Virus record (IMG/VR): IMGVR_UViG_3300042997_001733
Location: 1-37,889 of that record
Direction: 5' to 3' (one strand)
Source of the DNA: a virus
Taxonomy: Duplodnaviria; Caudoviricetes
Length of the DNA stretch: 37,889 nucleotides
Part shown: piece after piece, positions 1 through 10,500 of the stretch
Layout: each line of letters starts with the position of its first letter
Position numbering within the stretch: position 1 is the stretch's first letter
Position numbers and translations under genes: made by a program
The notes under the pieces: model-generated
The model's input: the letters and a program-made list of their open reading frames with translations, nothing else
Databases searched by the model: none
Told to the model about the DNA's origin: nothing

Positions 1-161
1 TCAGTATGCTGATCCTGCTCCTGGCGTTCATCATCGCGGCGTCCGTCAGGGGCTCCACGAACCGCGCACACCAACGCCTTAGCGCCAGCCAAGACATAGC
101 CCAAAGCCTCGAAAGCGAGCCCGACCTTGCCGAGCCCGCGCGTGATCTTGCCCAGCCCCAT
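1..161 (-). CDS. Small hydrophobic lysis-region protein, truncated by window edge (MGLGKITRGLGKVGLAFEALGYVLAGAKALVCAV...)
   Basis: ATG at 161 overlaps the upstream stop (TGATG); frame stays open to position 1; not in the ORF track. Confidence 0.55.
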   Translation of the reverse strand, partial: MGLGKITRGLGKVGLAFEALGYVLAGAKALVCAVRGAPDGRRDDERQEQDQHT

Positions 162-481
162 CACTGAGCCTGCACAGGCACCGGCTCTTCCGGCGGCTGC
201 TCAATCTTCACCGTCTGCGGGCCAGGCGGGGTGGCCACTGCTAACTGATCGGTAACGCGCTCGATCTGGCGATTACTGGACAGGGACACCAACGCCGAGA
301 GAACGTCGGCCAGCTTGACAATCATGCCGCCGACGATCGCGCTGAACACGCTCTCCGCCCAGTCTGGCGTATTGCGTGCAAAGGCGATAGCAGCGATGAT
401 CGACAGGATCGTGGCGATGATGCCCCCGCCGATCAGGGTGAGGACGCGGCGGTCGCCCTCGCGATCGCGAAACGCGTTCAT
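161..481 (-). CDS. Putative holin / two-transmembrane lysis protein
   Basis: Two hydrophobic segments; ATGA overlap with the endolysin stop; position in lysis cassette. Confidence 0.6.
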   Translation of the reverse strand: MNAFRDREGDRRVLTLIGGGIIATILSIIAAIAFARNTPDWAESVFSAIVGGMIVKLADVLSALVSLSSNRQIERVTDQLAVATPPGPQTVKIEQPPEEPVPVQAQ

Positions 482-1038
482 GCGTCGAACCCCATGCGAA
501 CCTGCCGCGCGACCCAGCCATAGCTGAACTCTTCGTTTGCAGGACGCACGAGGCTGATTTCCTCATAACGTTCGGTTCGGAAGGCGTGGATAGTCCAGAG
601 CAGCACCTGGAGTCCTTCGCCGGTCGCGCCGCGCCGCTGCTGGTAGCTGGCCAGCGACTGCCGCGTCATCGGGCCGCAAGCGCCGTCGACCTTGAGATCC
701 GGATATAGCGAGGCGCCCCGGTTGAAGAGGTTGAGCGCACGCTGGAGGAACTGACCAGCCATGGCCTGACCCATGTTGATGCCGGTATCGAACAGCAGCT
801 CGCCGATCGCGGCCGACATAGCGAGGATCTTATCGAAGCCCGGCTCGATCAGGTAACGCTTGCGGTAGATTTCGACGGCCGACTCTCGCGGGAAAACACG
901 CATGTCGCCCGTATAGCCAAAGGCTCGCGCCACCTGCTCGGTGGTGCCCCAGCGCGTTGGCCCTCCCTTATCCTTGGGATTGTTCACATAGCCGCCCTCG
1001 CGGCCGATCGCGTCATCGATCAGCTGATCAATGTTCAT
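478..1038 (-). CDS. Endolysin, glycoside hydrolase family 108 with C-terminal peptidoglycan-binding domain
   Basis: REGGYVNNPKDKGGPTRWG GH108 motif; LKVDGACGPMT PG-binding motif; GGAG SD before ATG at 1038. Confidence 0.92.
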   Translation of the reverse strand: MNIDQLIDDAIGREGGYVNNPKDKGGPTRWGTTEQVARAFGYTGDMRVFPRESAVEIYRKRYLIEPGFDKILAMSAAIGELLFDTGINMGQAMAGQFLQRALNLFNRGASLYPDLKVDGACGPMTRQSLASYQQRRGATGEGLQVLLWTIHAFRTERYEEISLVRPANEEFSYGWVARQVRMGFDA

Positions 1039-1050
1039 GTCTTGCTCCAC

Positions 1051-1074
1051 GAAAAAGGGCGCCCTCGGCGCCCT
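1051..1074 (-). terminator. Intrinsic terminator-like hairpin directly upstream of the endolysin RBS
   Basis: AGGGCGCC-GAG-GGCGCCCT stem followed by TTTT on the - strand. Confidence 0.65.
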
Positions 1075-1097
1075 ATGGTTTCAGATTATCGCTAGCC

Positions 1098-1535
1098 TCA
1101 GACCAGTTCGGCCTCGCCGCCCGGTTCGTCGATCATCGAGACCAGAATCCCCATATCGATCGGCAGCCCCGGATCGAGCGGGAAGGCCCGGTCCAGCATG
1201 TTCTGCGCCTGCGCGAGCTTGGGATTGTCTGGCTCCAGTCGCCGCAGCGGTTCCGCGACCAGTTCGAATGCGCGGCGCAGCACCCGATTTTCCAGCGCCA
1301 GGCGCCGAAGCTGCGTTTCGATGTGCTGCCGATATTGCAGGTCTCGATCATCCTGCTCTTTTTCCCGCTTGGCCAGTTCGTCATGCCAAAGCTGGAGCTT
1401 CGCCGCGCGGGATTGCGCCCGTGCATCCTTCCAGTTGAGTAGCCAGGCCGTGCCCTTGCCAAAGGCATAGAGCACGGCCACAGCCCCGGCGATAATTCCC
1501 CCCGCCTCGCCGGCGGCCGAGCCCGGATCAGACAT
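1098..1535 (-). CDS. Membrane-anchored coiled-coil protein (possible holin or lysis accessory)
   Basis: N-terminal hydrophobic helix then charged coiled coil; lies between fibre and endolysin. Confidence 0.6.
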   Translation of the reverse strand: MSDPGSAAGEAGGIIAGAVAVLYAFGKGTAWLLNWKDARAQSRAAKLQLWHDELAKREKEQDDRDLQYRQHIETQLRRLALENRVLRRAFELVAEPLRRLEPDNPKLAQAQNMLDRAFPLDPGLPIDMGILVSMIDEPGGEAELV

Positions 1536-1538
1536 GCG

Positions 1539-2891
1539 TCAGGCCGCCTCCAGCGCACTCAGCCGCGCCTCCAATGCGTTAACTTGATCGGATAATGCAT
1601 CATGCACTTCACTGGCTTCGCTGAGATCCGCCGCCAGTCCGGCAGCAATGAACATGGCAAGCTGATCAGTGCGCAGGCCAAAGCGGTTGCCGGCAGAGAC
1701 CGTCTTGACGTTGCGACCGGTCGCATGCCGCTCCTGCACCGTCACGGTTTTCATGACCTCGACGCCATTGGCATCATACAGTCCGCTGAAAACCTGTTTT
1801 TCAACATCGACCATTTGATACTCGGCCGCGAATTGATCTTCCCAGGTATCAAAGCACATGAATGCTGCGCGGAACGATGGACGCTGCGCGTCCGTCACAA
1901 AAATATCGGAAGGCAGATCGAGAGCATGCTCATCTTCCAGCCCTTCTTCCATCAGGATGCGCGCGACAGCCTGCGCGCGCACACCGAAATGATAGCGTGC
2001 TCCATCCGCACCTTTTTCCGCGACGGCATCCGTCCACTGGAAAAAACCAAGTTCGGCTATGATACGCCGGGCAGCAGTACGCTCTGATGAGGAGAGGCCG
2101 CCGCGCCACACCTTTTCGCGCGCGTCGGACGTGTTGATCGTGCTGGTGCCGGCGTAGACAGTTGACCAACGGCTGCTGGGCAGGCCCAGCGCGTTAAGAT
2201 TATTATCCTTACCCGAGTAGAGGTTGCCGCTCACATCGATGGTAAGAATGTCGGTCTTGGCGGCACCAACCCATGTCTGAAACGCCAGGGCGTGCTCGCT
2301 GATGGACTTCTGCCCCATGAACCATTCGACGCTCTGGCCGCCGTTGTAGAGCCGGTAACCCGCCTCCCCGTCGGAGATCGCGTAAACCTTGCCGCCGACA
2401 TTCAGACGCTCGGCTGACTGCGGTGTGCCCATGAGAACACGACCAGAGCCTTCGACGATCATCCGCTCAATGCCAGCGGTCGCGAGACTCATGCTGTTGC
2501 TGCCGCTCCAGAACAAACCGGTGTCCTGGTCATTGGCGAAGCGCAGCCCGGGCGAGGATACCGAACCAGGCTGCATCAAGCCCTGACCAATGCCATCGCG
2601 AACCGAAGCGAAGGACGAAATGAGGCTGCCGGCCTGGTCGGCAAGATCTTTCATCAGCGACTGCGTTGGCAGGATGTCGTAGCTCTGGCCCGATCCGCTT
2701 GCAGCCAGATATGGCCGCCGCAACAACAGCTGCGTTGCAGAAACCACCTGTTCGATTTCATACGACCGGCTGTCACCAGCGCCGATGAAAGCCTGCCCCG
2801 CCAGCACATTGCTGACAAAGTCGGTGCCGCTGCCTGTGACAGTGCGCGATCCATTCGTGACAGTGACAGTCCCGCTCGAATACCATGTCAT
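1539..2891 (-). CDS. Tail fibre / receptor-binding protein with C-terminal intramolecular chaperone (peptidase S74)
   Basis: N-terminal WYSSGTVTVTNGSRTVTGSGT fibre anchor; TINTSDAREK autocleavage motif; HFGVRAQ and RFGLRTDQL S74 motifs; terminal coiled coil; ATGA overlap at 2891. Confidence 0.88.
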   Translation of the reverse strand: MTWYSSGTVTVTNGSRTVTGSGTDFVSNVLAGQAFIGAGDSRSYEIEQVVSATQLLLRRPYLAASGSGQSYDILPTQSLMKDLADQAGSLISSFASVRDGIGQGLMQPGSVSSPGLRFANDQDTGLFWSGSNSMSLATAGIERMIVEGSGRVLMGTPQSAERLNVGGKVYAISDGEAGYRLYNGGQSVEWFMGQKSISEHALAFQTWVGAAKTDILTIDVSGNLYSGKDNNLNALGLPSSRWSTVYAGTSTINTSDAREKVWRGGLSSSERTAARRIIAELGFFQWTDAVAEKGADGARYHFGVRAQAVARILMEEGLEDEHALDLPSDIFVTDAQRPSFRAAFMCFDTWEDQFAAEYQMVDVEKQVFSGLYDANGVEVMKTVTVQERHATGRNVKTVSAGNRFGLRTDQLAMFIAAGLAADLSEASEVHDALSDQVNALEARLSALEAA

Positions 2892-5800
2892 ATGAACGTC
2901 CACTTCAGTTTGGTTGAGATTGAAAAATTGGAATAGGTGGCGCTCATGTCGCGACGATAATAATCGCCCTCACTCACGATGCCGCTGTCGGCTTCGCCAC
3001 GCTTTGCATAGATGCGCATGATGCGATTGCCACCGACATCATCGGCCGCTGGCGCATCATAGATAAGGTCGGCGCCACCATTAATCGTGCGCGTCACTGG
3101 GGTGTCGGCTCCATATTGTGAGGCGGTCACTTCATAGGCTGCGACCACCGTCTCATCTGCGCGCACGATCTGGATAAGCAATCCACCGTCCGGTAGAGTA
3201 TTGGTGTAGAGCGTCTTGCCATTGTAGGTGCTGGCCGCCCGGCCGACATTGGCCTTGAACGATCCAGTGACCTCCAGAGCATAACTGCCATTGGGGGTGA
3301 CCTCGCCAAGATCGACAGTGGTGAGCAGAAGATTTTGGCCAGCTTGGGGAGAGCCGGTGCCGCTGGCACTGACACGCCGCACGAAGCGGCTCAGCGCCAA
3401 AGCAGCCGGATTGATAGTGCCGTCAATGACGGCATCGCCCAGGACGCGCAGATTGGTGCCGACGACGAAGGCCGTCTGGCCTTCGGCGGAAGCAAGGCGA
3501 ACGAACGCCTCGCCACCATCGCCAATCGCATAGACTTCCCAATAGGCACCAAGCCGTCCCATCGCGTCGGCGATCGCCACACTGTTTTGCTGGACGAGGG
3601 CGGTCTGGTCATCAAGCGCCGCGCTCACAGTCAGAAGGCTCGCTGATAAAGCGCCATCCCCATCAATGCGCGCCTGCTGCTCGGTAGTGTTCGCAGCCTG
3701 CAGGGCGCCGATATCGCTATCCTTCTCTGCCTTGAGGGCGATGACCTGTGCACTCAGCGCCAGATCGCCGTCCAGCCGGGCTTGCTTTTCCTCCAGGAAT
3801 GAAGCGCTCATATTGTCATTGGCGGCATCCAGCGCGTCGATACGTGATGCCAGTGCGGCCTGCCCGTCGATGCGCGCCTGCGTTTCCGCCACCGCGCTGG
3901 CGACGACTGAATCGATATCGCTGTTTTTCTCCGCGCGCAGCTGCTCGATCGACAGGGCAAGCGCATTGTCGCCGTCAGACATGGCCTGCAGCGCGGCGCT
4001 GATGCCTGCTGAAAGATCGGCAATCTCGCCATCCACCTGAGCTTTGAGCGCGAGCACCTGCTGAGCGAGCGCGGTGATGGCATCCACGCGTGCGTTGGTT
4101 TCCAGTGAAACCATGCTCTCGACATTTTCGATCGATGCCAGAACGGTTTCGATCTGGCTCGCCATCGCGGCCAGCGCGGTCGCTCTGGTATATTGCTCGA
4201 GGGCGATAGATGCCTCTGCCAATCCCAGCCGCGCGATGAGCGCGACAATTCTGGACACAAGCACATCGACATCGCCGTTGATCTTGGCCGTCACCTCCTG
4301 CCTCGCCGCAGCGATGGCGGTCGTTGCATCGCGCTTGGCCAGGTCGCCGGTGAGCAGCGCGCGCAAAGCCTGCTCGGCGGCATCCGCTGCACTATTATCG
4401 GCGTTGCGAACTGCGGCAACGGTCTGGCCGGCCGCAGCTATGATCTGGTCATCAACCTGCGCACGCGTCGACGCCTCATTGCCAATGGCGGCAGCATTGT
4501 CGCCAATGGCGCTTTGCATGCTGTCCATGCGCTCGGTCGCTGCCAGGGCGTCATTCGCCAATGCGGCAATCTGATCGGTGAAGCCTGCGTTGGCGCCGGC
4601 GACCGTGGCTGACAACGTCGTGATCTGTCTGACGATCGCATCGAGCTGGGTGGCGCGCGCCAATTCTTCAATCAAGATCGCCGCTTCGGCGTCGTCCATG
4701 CGCGCAAAGAGTAGGGTCACGCGCGCAACGACGGCCTCCACGTCCTCGTTGACCTTAGCCGTAATTTCCTGCCGAGCTGCCGCGATCGTTCCCGCGAGAT
4801 CGCGCGAGCGGGCGTCTCCCCGCAACAGGTCGGCCGTAACGATGTCGAGCACGGCATCGACGCGCGCATTAAGACCGCGCGCGGCGCTAATCGCTTCCCG
4901 GGCGCTCGCCCTGATCTCCCCAGCCTCCGTGATGCGCGCAGCCTCTTCGGCCTGTATCGCCGCGGCATTTTCGCCGACACCAATTTCCAGGGCATCCGAA
5001 CGAGCGGCCAGGGCCTCGGTCTGCGTTGCGAGGGTGGCGATCTGGGCAGTGAAGGTCGCCTTGCTGTCGTTGAACTGGCTGGTCAACAGCGTCACTTGGA
5101 GGGTGATCGCCTGGGCACCGTCAATCCGCGCCTGCGTTTCCGTCAGCGCGCTGGCCTCAGCACGGCCGATGCGGACAGCAAGCTCTGTTCGTGCTCGCGC
5201 CTCCGCGTCAAGATCGCCGTTGATCTTGGCTGTCAACTCTGTCCGGGCCGATGCGATGGCGGCGACCTGGCTGCGGGCCGCAAGATCGCCGTTCAAAAGC
5301 GCGCGCAAGGCGCTCTCCTGCGCGGATGCCGCCTGATCAGGCAACATTCGCACGGCGCTCAGGGCCTGCACGATGGATGCGCTATCACCCAGTGCATCGA
5401 TCGTCTGTTCTGCGGTGCTGACCCGGGCTTCTACGGCATCGAATTCCGTTCGATCGACCTTAAGGGTGATCGCGCCGGACAGCGCATCGATCGTCTGTTC
5501 AGCATTGGATACACGACCGCCGAGCAGATTGAGGTCGATCAGGCTCGCCTTTTGAGCGATGCTGGATTCTGCCGCTGACAGGCGCACTTCGACATCCGAG
5601 ACGCGCAGTTCGATGCCTTCGTAGACCGGAAACTGGGAAGGGTCGAGAACCAGCTGGGCGATCCGCCCATCGACATAGCTGGTGGTTGCGCGCAATGTTA
5701 TGCTGGCTTCCGCCGCCGACAAGCGCACTTCCGCCGTGCTGATCCGCTCGCCTGTTTGATCAATCGCGCTGAGACGGATTTGGCCGGTCGTGGGATCGAC

Positions 5801-7552
5801 GTAGAAGCCGGCATCGCGAAAATTTTCGCGCGTCTGGCTTGCTTCGCTGACCACCTGCGCAACCGCCGCGCCCAGCTGATCAACAGCATTTTCCAGCGTC
5901 CGACGCGACGCATCGCTGGCGGCGCCTATATCCGGCAGGCTGATTTTGCCGAGCGTCGAAACAGAACCGTCCGTCGCTTCGAAAACGAGCGAGCCATCGC
6001 TGGCGAGCGTCAACTGTCCGGCAATGTCAGGGATAGCGACCTGGCCCAGCGCAACCTTCAGGTCAGCATTGTCGGGATAGGGTTGATATTGCAGCACCCC
6101 GTCTTCCCGCAGGGAAATCAGGTCGTTGCGCAGCAGTCCGGGCGGCGCGGGAACGTCGGGCAATTCTGGAACCCAGAGATCGACGCCAACCGTGCCGCCG
6201 GCAGTAGCGCCAGGCTGAATGGTTTCCAACTTGTCGCTGTCTGCGTCGGCCTGGTCTTTCAGATCATCCAACGTTGTGCCGTCCGTAAAGCCAATATCCT
6301 CCGGGGATATTAGGGGCGCTAGCTTGGCGGCAGTGCTCAGCCCCTCGATCGAGAGCGACAGCGTGCTGACATGTTCGTCAACCGCGATCGAGAAATCCTT
6401 GAAGAAGCCGTAAATGGCCAGGCTTTCCAGCGTGGCGTCACCGATCCACAGCGCCGGCATCGCGCGCACATTGGCAATGCGCGCGGCGACGACGTCAACG
6501 GCGGAAGTGCTGATCAGCGACTTCACGTCCATGCGCTTGGCCCAGGCGCGCTCGACCACCGTCACTTCACCGAACGCGTCGGTGTCCTTGCGGCTATAGT
6601 CGGTGATCGCTGCCCTGGGCGAGGCTTCCGTCGTGCCAAGGCCCAGCAGCGTGCCGATCAGCAACGTCCCCGCCGAAACGGTGCCACTTCCCGAAATGGT
6701 GATGGTGACGGTGCCGGCCGTCGCCGGCAGGTCGAGGAAGGTGACCGCACCGGGCTGGATCGCGGGCGACAAGGTTCGGTCATAGCCGGGAGCCTGCACC
6801 CGCACGCTCACGGCCGTGACGTCCAGCAGCGCGATTGCATCGATCGGATCGACCGGATCGAGCGAAACGACGATGCTGCCCGCCCGTTCGGTCTGCGATC
6901 CCAGCGCCTGGTCGAACATCGCCCAGCGGTTGGTGGGCCCGATATCGATCCACTGGCCGGCGGTGCCCGTCGGATCATTGCCGACATTGCCGTTGGCCGC
7001 GCTCTCGTAGATCCTGTGCGTCGCCGAAAGGATGACGCAAGCGCCAAGCGCATAGGTGGCCGACGCCGACCAGGCCGGATAATCATTTTCCGGCACATTG
7101 CTCGACGTCAGAACAGCATCATCGATCGAGGCTGGCCGCAACAGCCGCAGCGACGATTTGCGCTGATCGGTTGCCGGGTCCGTGCCAGGATCGGCATAAT
7201 CGGCGCCCTCGGCCAGACCCTCGATCGTCAGCGTGCAATAGCTGACGGGCGGGATCGCCAGATCGATCGACAGATCCTTGTAGAAGCCGGTGATGGACAG
7301 GCTGTCGAAACGGTCATCGGCCACCCACTGGACCGGCTTGGCGCGCAGGGCGGCCAGCTGGCGCTGCAGGGCGTCGACATTGGCAGTAGGCACCATCACC
7401 CGCGCCGACATGGTCCGCGAGAAGTTACGCTTGACGACGGTGGTGACGCCGAAATCATCGGTCTCGCGCCGGCTATAGTCGGTCAGGCCGATGGTGGGCG
7501 CCGTTTCCGTCGTGCCGATCTCGATCACGCCGGCGTCGGTGATGACCTTCAT
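2888..7552 (-). CDS. Large tail-tip protein: duplicated N-terminal domain, carbohydrate-binding-like module and long repetitive coiled coil
   Basis: 1554 aa directly after the tape measure; two TDYSR(R/K)xTDxFG domains; WSASATYALG CBM5/12-like motif; 157-aa helical repeats. Confidence 0.75.
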   Translation of the reverse strand: MKVITDAGVIEIGTTETAPTIGLTDYSRRETDDFGVTTVVKRNFSRTMSARVMVPTANVDALQRQLAALRAKPVQWVADDRFDSLSITGFYKDLSIDLAIPPVSYCTLTIEGLAEGADYADPGTDPATDQRKSSLRLLRPASIDDAVLTSSNVPENDYPAWSASATYALGACVILSATHRIYESAANGNVGNDPTGTAGQWIDIGPTNRWAMFDQALGSQTERAGSIVVSLDPVDPIDAIALLDVTAVSVRVQAPGYDRTLSPAIQPGAVTFLDLPATAGTVTITISGSGTVSAGTLLIGTLLGLGTTEASPRAAITDYSRKDTDAFGEVTVVERAWAKRMDVKSLISTSAVDVVAARIANVRAMPALWIGDATLESLAIYGFFKDFSIAVDEHVSTLSLSIEGLSTAAKLAPLISPEDIGFTDGTTLDDLKDQADADSDKLETIQPGATAGGTVGVDLWVPELPDVPAPPGLLRNDLISLREDGVLQYQPYPDNADLKVALGQVAIPDIAGQLTLASDGSLVFEATDGSVSTLGKISLPDIGAASDASRRTLENAVDQLGAAVAQVVSEASQTRENFRDAGFYVDPTTGQIRLSAIDQTGERISTAEVRLSAAEASITLRATTSYVDGRIAQLVLDPSQFPVYEGIELRVSDVEVRLSAAESSIAQKASLIDLNLLGGRVSNAEQTIDALSGAITLKVDRTEFDAVEARVSTAEQTIDALGDSASIVQALSAVRMLPDQAASAQESALRALLNGDLAARSQVAAIASARTELTAKINGDLDAEARARTELAVRIGRAEASALTETQARIDGAQAITLQVTLLTSQFNDSKATFTAQIATLATQTEALAARSDALEIGVGENAAAIQAEEAARITEAGEIRASAREAISAARGLNARVDAVLDIVTADLLRGDARSRDLAGTIAAARQEITAKVNEDVEAVVARVTLLFARMDDAEAAILIEELARATQLDAIVRQITTLSATVAGANAGFTDQIAALANDALAATERMDSMQSAIGDNAAAIGNEASTRAQVDDQIIAAAGQTVAAVRNADNSAADAAEQALRALLTGDLAKRDATTAIAAARQEVTAKINGDVDVLVSRIVALIARLGLAEASIALEQYTRATALAAMASQIETVLASIENVESMVSLETNARVDAITALAQQVLALKAQVDGEIADLSAGISAALQAMSDGDNALALSIEQLRAEKNSDIDSVVASAVAETQARIDGQAALASRIDALDAANDNMSASFLEEKQARLDGDLALSAQVIALKAEKDSDIGALQAANTTEQQARIDGDGALSASLLTVSAALDDQTALVQQNSVAIADAMGRLGAYWEVYAIGDGGEAFVRLASAEGQTAFVVGTNLRVLGDAVIDGTINPAALALSRFVRRVSASGTGSPQAGQNLLLTTVDLGEVTPNGSYALEVTGSFKANVGRAASTYNGKTLYTNTLPDGGLLIQIVRADETVVAAYEVTASQYGADTPVTRTINGGADLIYDAPAADDVGGNRIMRIYAKRGEADSGIVSEGDYYRRDMSATYSNFSISTKLKWTFI

Positions 7553-10500
7553 GCGGCACGCCCCGTCACGGTGATGGCATTGCCGCCGCTGTCTGCTGTC
7601 ACGTCCTCGAACTTCCGCTTGATGGCGCCAGTGTTCGACGCATTCGCGGCATGGCCGCTATTATTGTCGCTGTGCATCTGGGCGACTTCCTCGCGCAGCG
7701 CCTTGAGCTCGGCGATCACGCTGTCGCTATCGCTGGACGTGGCCGATGCCTGTGCCGCAGTGGCCGCGGCCTCCAGGATCGTGCCGGTCGGCGCGCCGGT
7801 GCCGGTGGCAACGCCGGTCGAGCTGGTCCCGCCAGCCAGCGCCAGCACCGACGCATAGACGCTTTCCAGCGTGGCGGCGGTCTGGGCCTTCACCCGGTCC
7901 AGTTCCTGCCGGCTCGTCGCCGCGAGCTCGGCCGCCTGGATCAGCGCCTGCGACAGGCTGGGCAGCGTGCCGGCAGCATCCTGGTCGCCCGCCTTGGCGG
8001 CTGCGACAGCGGCATTGAACTGGCCCTGCAGCTGGGCGAAGCTGCCGGTGCCGGTGCCGTCGGTGATGCCGCGGATCCGGTTGACCTCATCCATGATGCT
8101 GTCGCCCACCGACGACCAGGCGTCCTTCAGCTTCTGCGCGGCGTCGGCGGCGTCCTGCGCGTCCTGCAACGCCCAGATCTGCTGCTGTAGCGCGCGGTTG
8201 CTCTCGTCGAGATTGGCCAGCTCCATTTCGCGGATCGCGGCGGTGTTACCCTGGAGCTCCAGCAGCTGCTTTTCCAGATCCTGCCGCTCGGACAGGATAT
8301 CGGCCGCGCTCTTGGCGCCGTTGAGGGCCGATTGCAGGTCGGCGAAGGCCGGCGCCAGCTGCAGCAGCGTGGCATAGGTGACCTGGCCGGCGGCGGTGGT
8401 CAGATCCTGCGCGTCGACCAGCTGGCGGAACGCGGCCAGCGTGCCGGGCATGGCGAGGCCCAGGCTGTCGAACACGGTCGCAAACTGCGCGGTGCGGGCG
8501 GCGGCCTGTTCCTCCTTCGTGTAATAGGTCTCGAAATAGCTATCGACTGCGCTGCTGAAATCGCTGACGCTGTCGAACTGGTCTGCCAGCGCCATTTTCA
8601 GGTCGACACTCATCAGGCTTGCCGACGATCCCAGCATGGTCAGCGACGACGTGACGCTCTCGACGGTGGACGCAACGCGCACCAGCGTGTCGAACAGGCC
8701 TTCGCCCACCGCCTGAAACTTCTCGATACCGGGGAAGGCGGCCTTGGCCATGTCATCGGCTGCGGCGCCGAATACGGCGGTCAGCTTCTCTTCGATCTCT
8801 TCGCCGGTCAGGCCCTGCAGGTCGATCTTGCCGATGTTGACGACAAAGCCATTGAGCTTCTGCTGGATCTCGCTGGTCGCGACGCCCAGCGGTCCGGCGG
8901 CGGCCAGGATCGCATTGTTGAATTCGCGCAGGATCAGCGTGAACTGGTTTTCAAGGCCGCTGTCCGCATCGCTATACTGCGTCGAATATTTGGTCGACGT
9001 GGTCAGGCCGAACAGCTTCTTCTTTTTCTGGATGTCGCTGTAATAGGAGGCGTCGAACCCGCCCGACAGGATATCCTCCAGGCTCTGCGCACCTCCATAG
9101 AGGCCGCTGCCGACCACCTTCGTCTTCGATCCGAACAGCGAACCGATGATGCTGCCGATCCCGCCGATGATGCCGCCGACCACCGGGATCTCAGAGAACA
9201 GGCCGCCGCCGGTGATGATGCCTTCCAGCACCTTGCCCGTCGTGTCCTGCGAGAAGCCGGTGTTGACGCCGGCGGACGCATTGACGTTGTCGGTGCGCAG
9301 CACCAGTGCGGCAAAGCCGGAAATATTGCTCTCGATCGCGCTCAGCGAGGCGGCCATCTGGCGCGAATAGGTCAACATCACGGTGTCGACCTCCTTCAGG
9401 CTGTCGATCGCGCGCTTGATGCTCTCCGACTTCGCCGACGCATCGCCCAGCACGGTGCCGGTCCCGTCGTTCGATTTGGGCAGCGAGCCACCCGAGCCGC
9501 CACCGCCAAAGCCGAGCGAGGCCATGACGCCCAGCATCGCGGCGACAGCGGGGAAGGCATAGGGGCCAAGCGTGGCAAACATGCGCGCCGCGCCGCCGGC
9601 GACGTCCACCGCCGTGCGAGCCAGCTGGATGACGGTCAGCGCCTTTTCGGCTGCCTCCATCGCCTTGTATCCCTTGCTATGTTCGCTGAAGAGGCCCTTG
9701 GCCGCGCTGGTCAGGGCCACCATACCGGCAATCTGATTATCGGCCTCTTGCCGGCGCAGACCGGCCTGCTTCTTTGCTGACAGGCCGCCCAGTTCGCGCT
9801 GCTTATCGATCTCGGCCTGGCGCTTGCCATATTCGTCGAGCACGGTAATCAGGCCGCCGATGGCGCCCCCGACGCTGCCGAACGCATCGCGCATATTGGC
9901 AGCTACGACGTCGACCCGGTCGGAAACGCTATCAAGGTCGGCAATGAAGGCGCCGATCACTTCCTGGCGCAAATCCTGTTGCGCACGCAGCTTCTTGGCT
10001 GCGTCTTCGTCTTCCTGGATCATCTGGGAGCCAAGCGTAGGCATATCCTTGCCCCACTCGCTGTTCCGTTTGGCAACATCTTGAGCCATGCTCCAGACGT
10101 TGCCCTGCGCCGCCGCCTTCGTTGCGGAAAGCCATTCGGCTGTTTTCAACAACTCCTTCAGGGCGGCCTCTGTCTCTTTGGCTGCCTTAGTGGCCTTGGG
10201 CGCGCGGAGAATGATACCTCGATCGAGACTCGTGCCGACGCCGTCCAGAACCCGCTGCGCAGATTCATAGACCTTGAGATTTTCGCCCTCGACCGCAAAA
10301 TTGGCGACAGATGCCGCCGCTTTTGCAAATGTCTCGGCTGTGATGAGGCCGCCCTGTTGCAGGCTTTCCAACGACCGAAGCACACTTTTGGAATCCGTCG
10401 CGCCACCAAGCAATGAGGCCATCAGATTTTGCGTGGTCCAGCTACCCTGCAACGTCTTCTTGCTGGCGAACGCACCATAGAAGCTGTCGGTGAAACCAAG

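Noticed and set aside
1539-3400. Possible diversity-generating retroelement or invertible tail-fibre cassette
   Set aside because: No reverse transcriptase, no TR/VR pair and no inverted fibre fragments seen; the only recombinase is an integrase-type LSR
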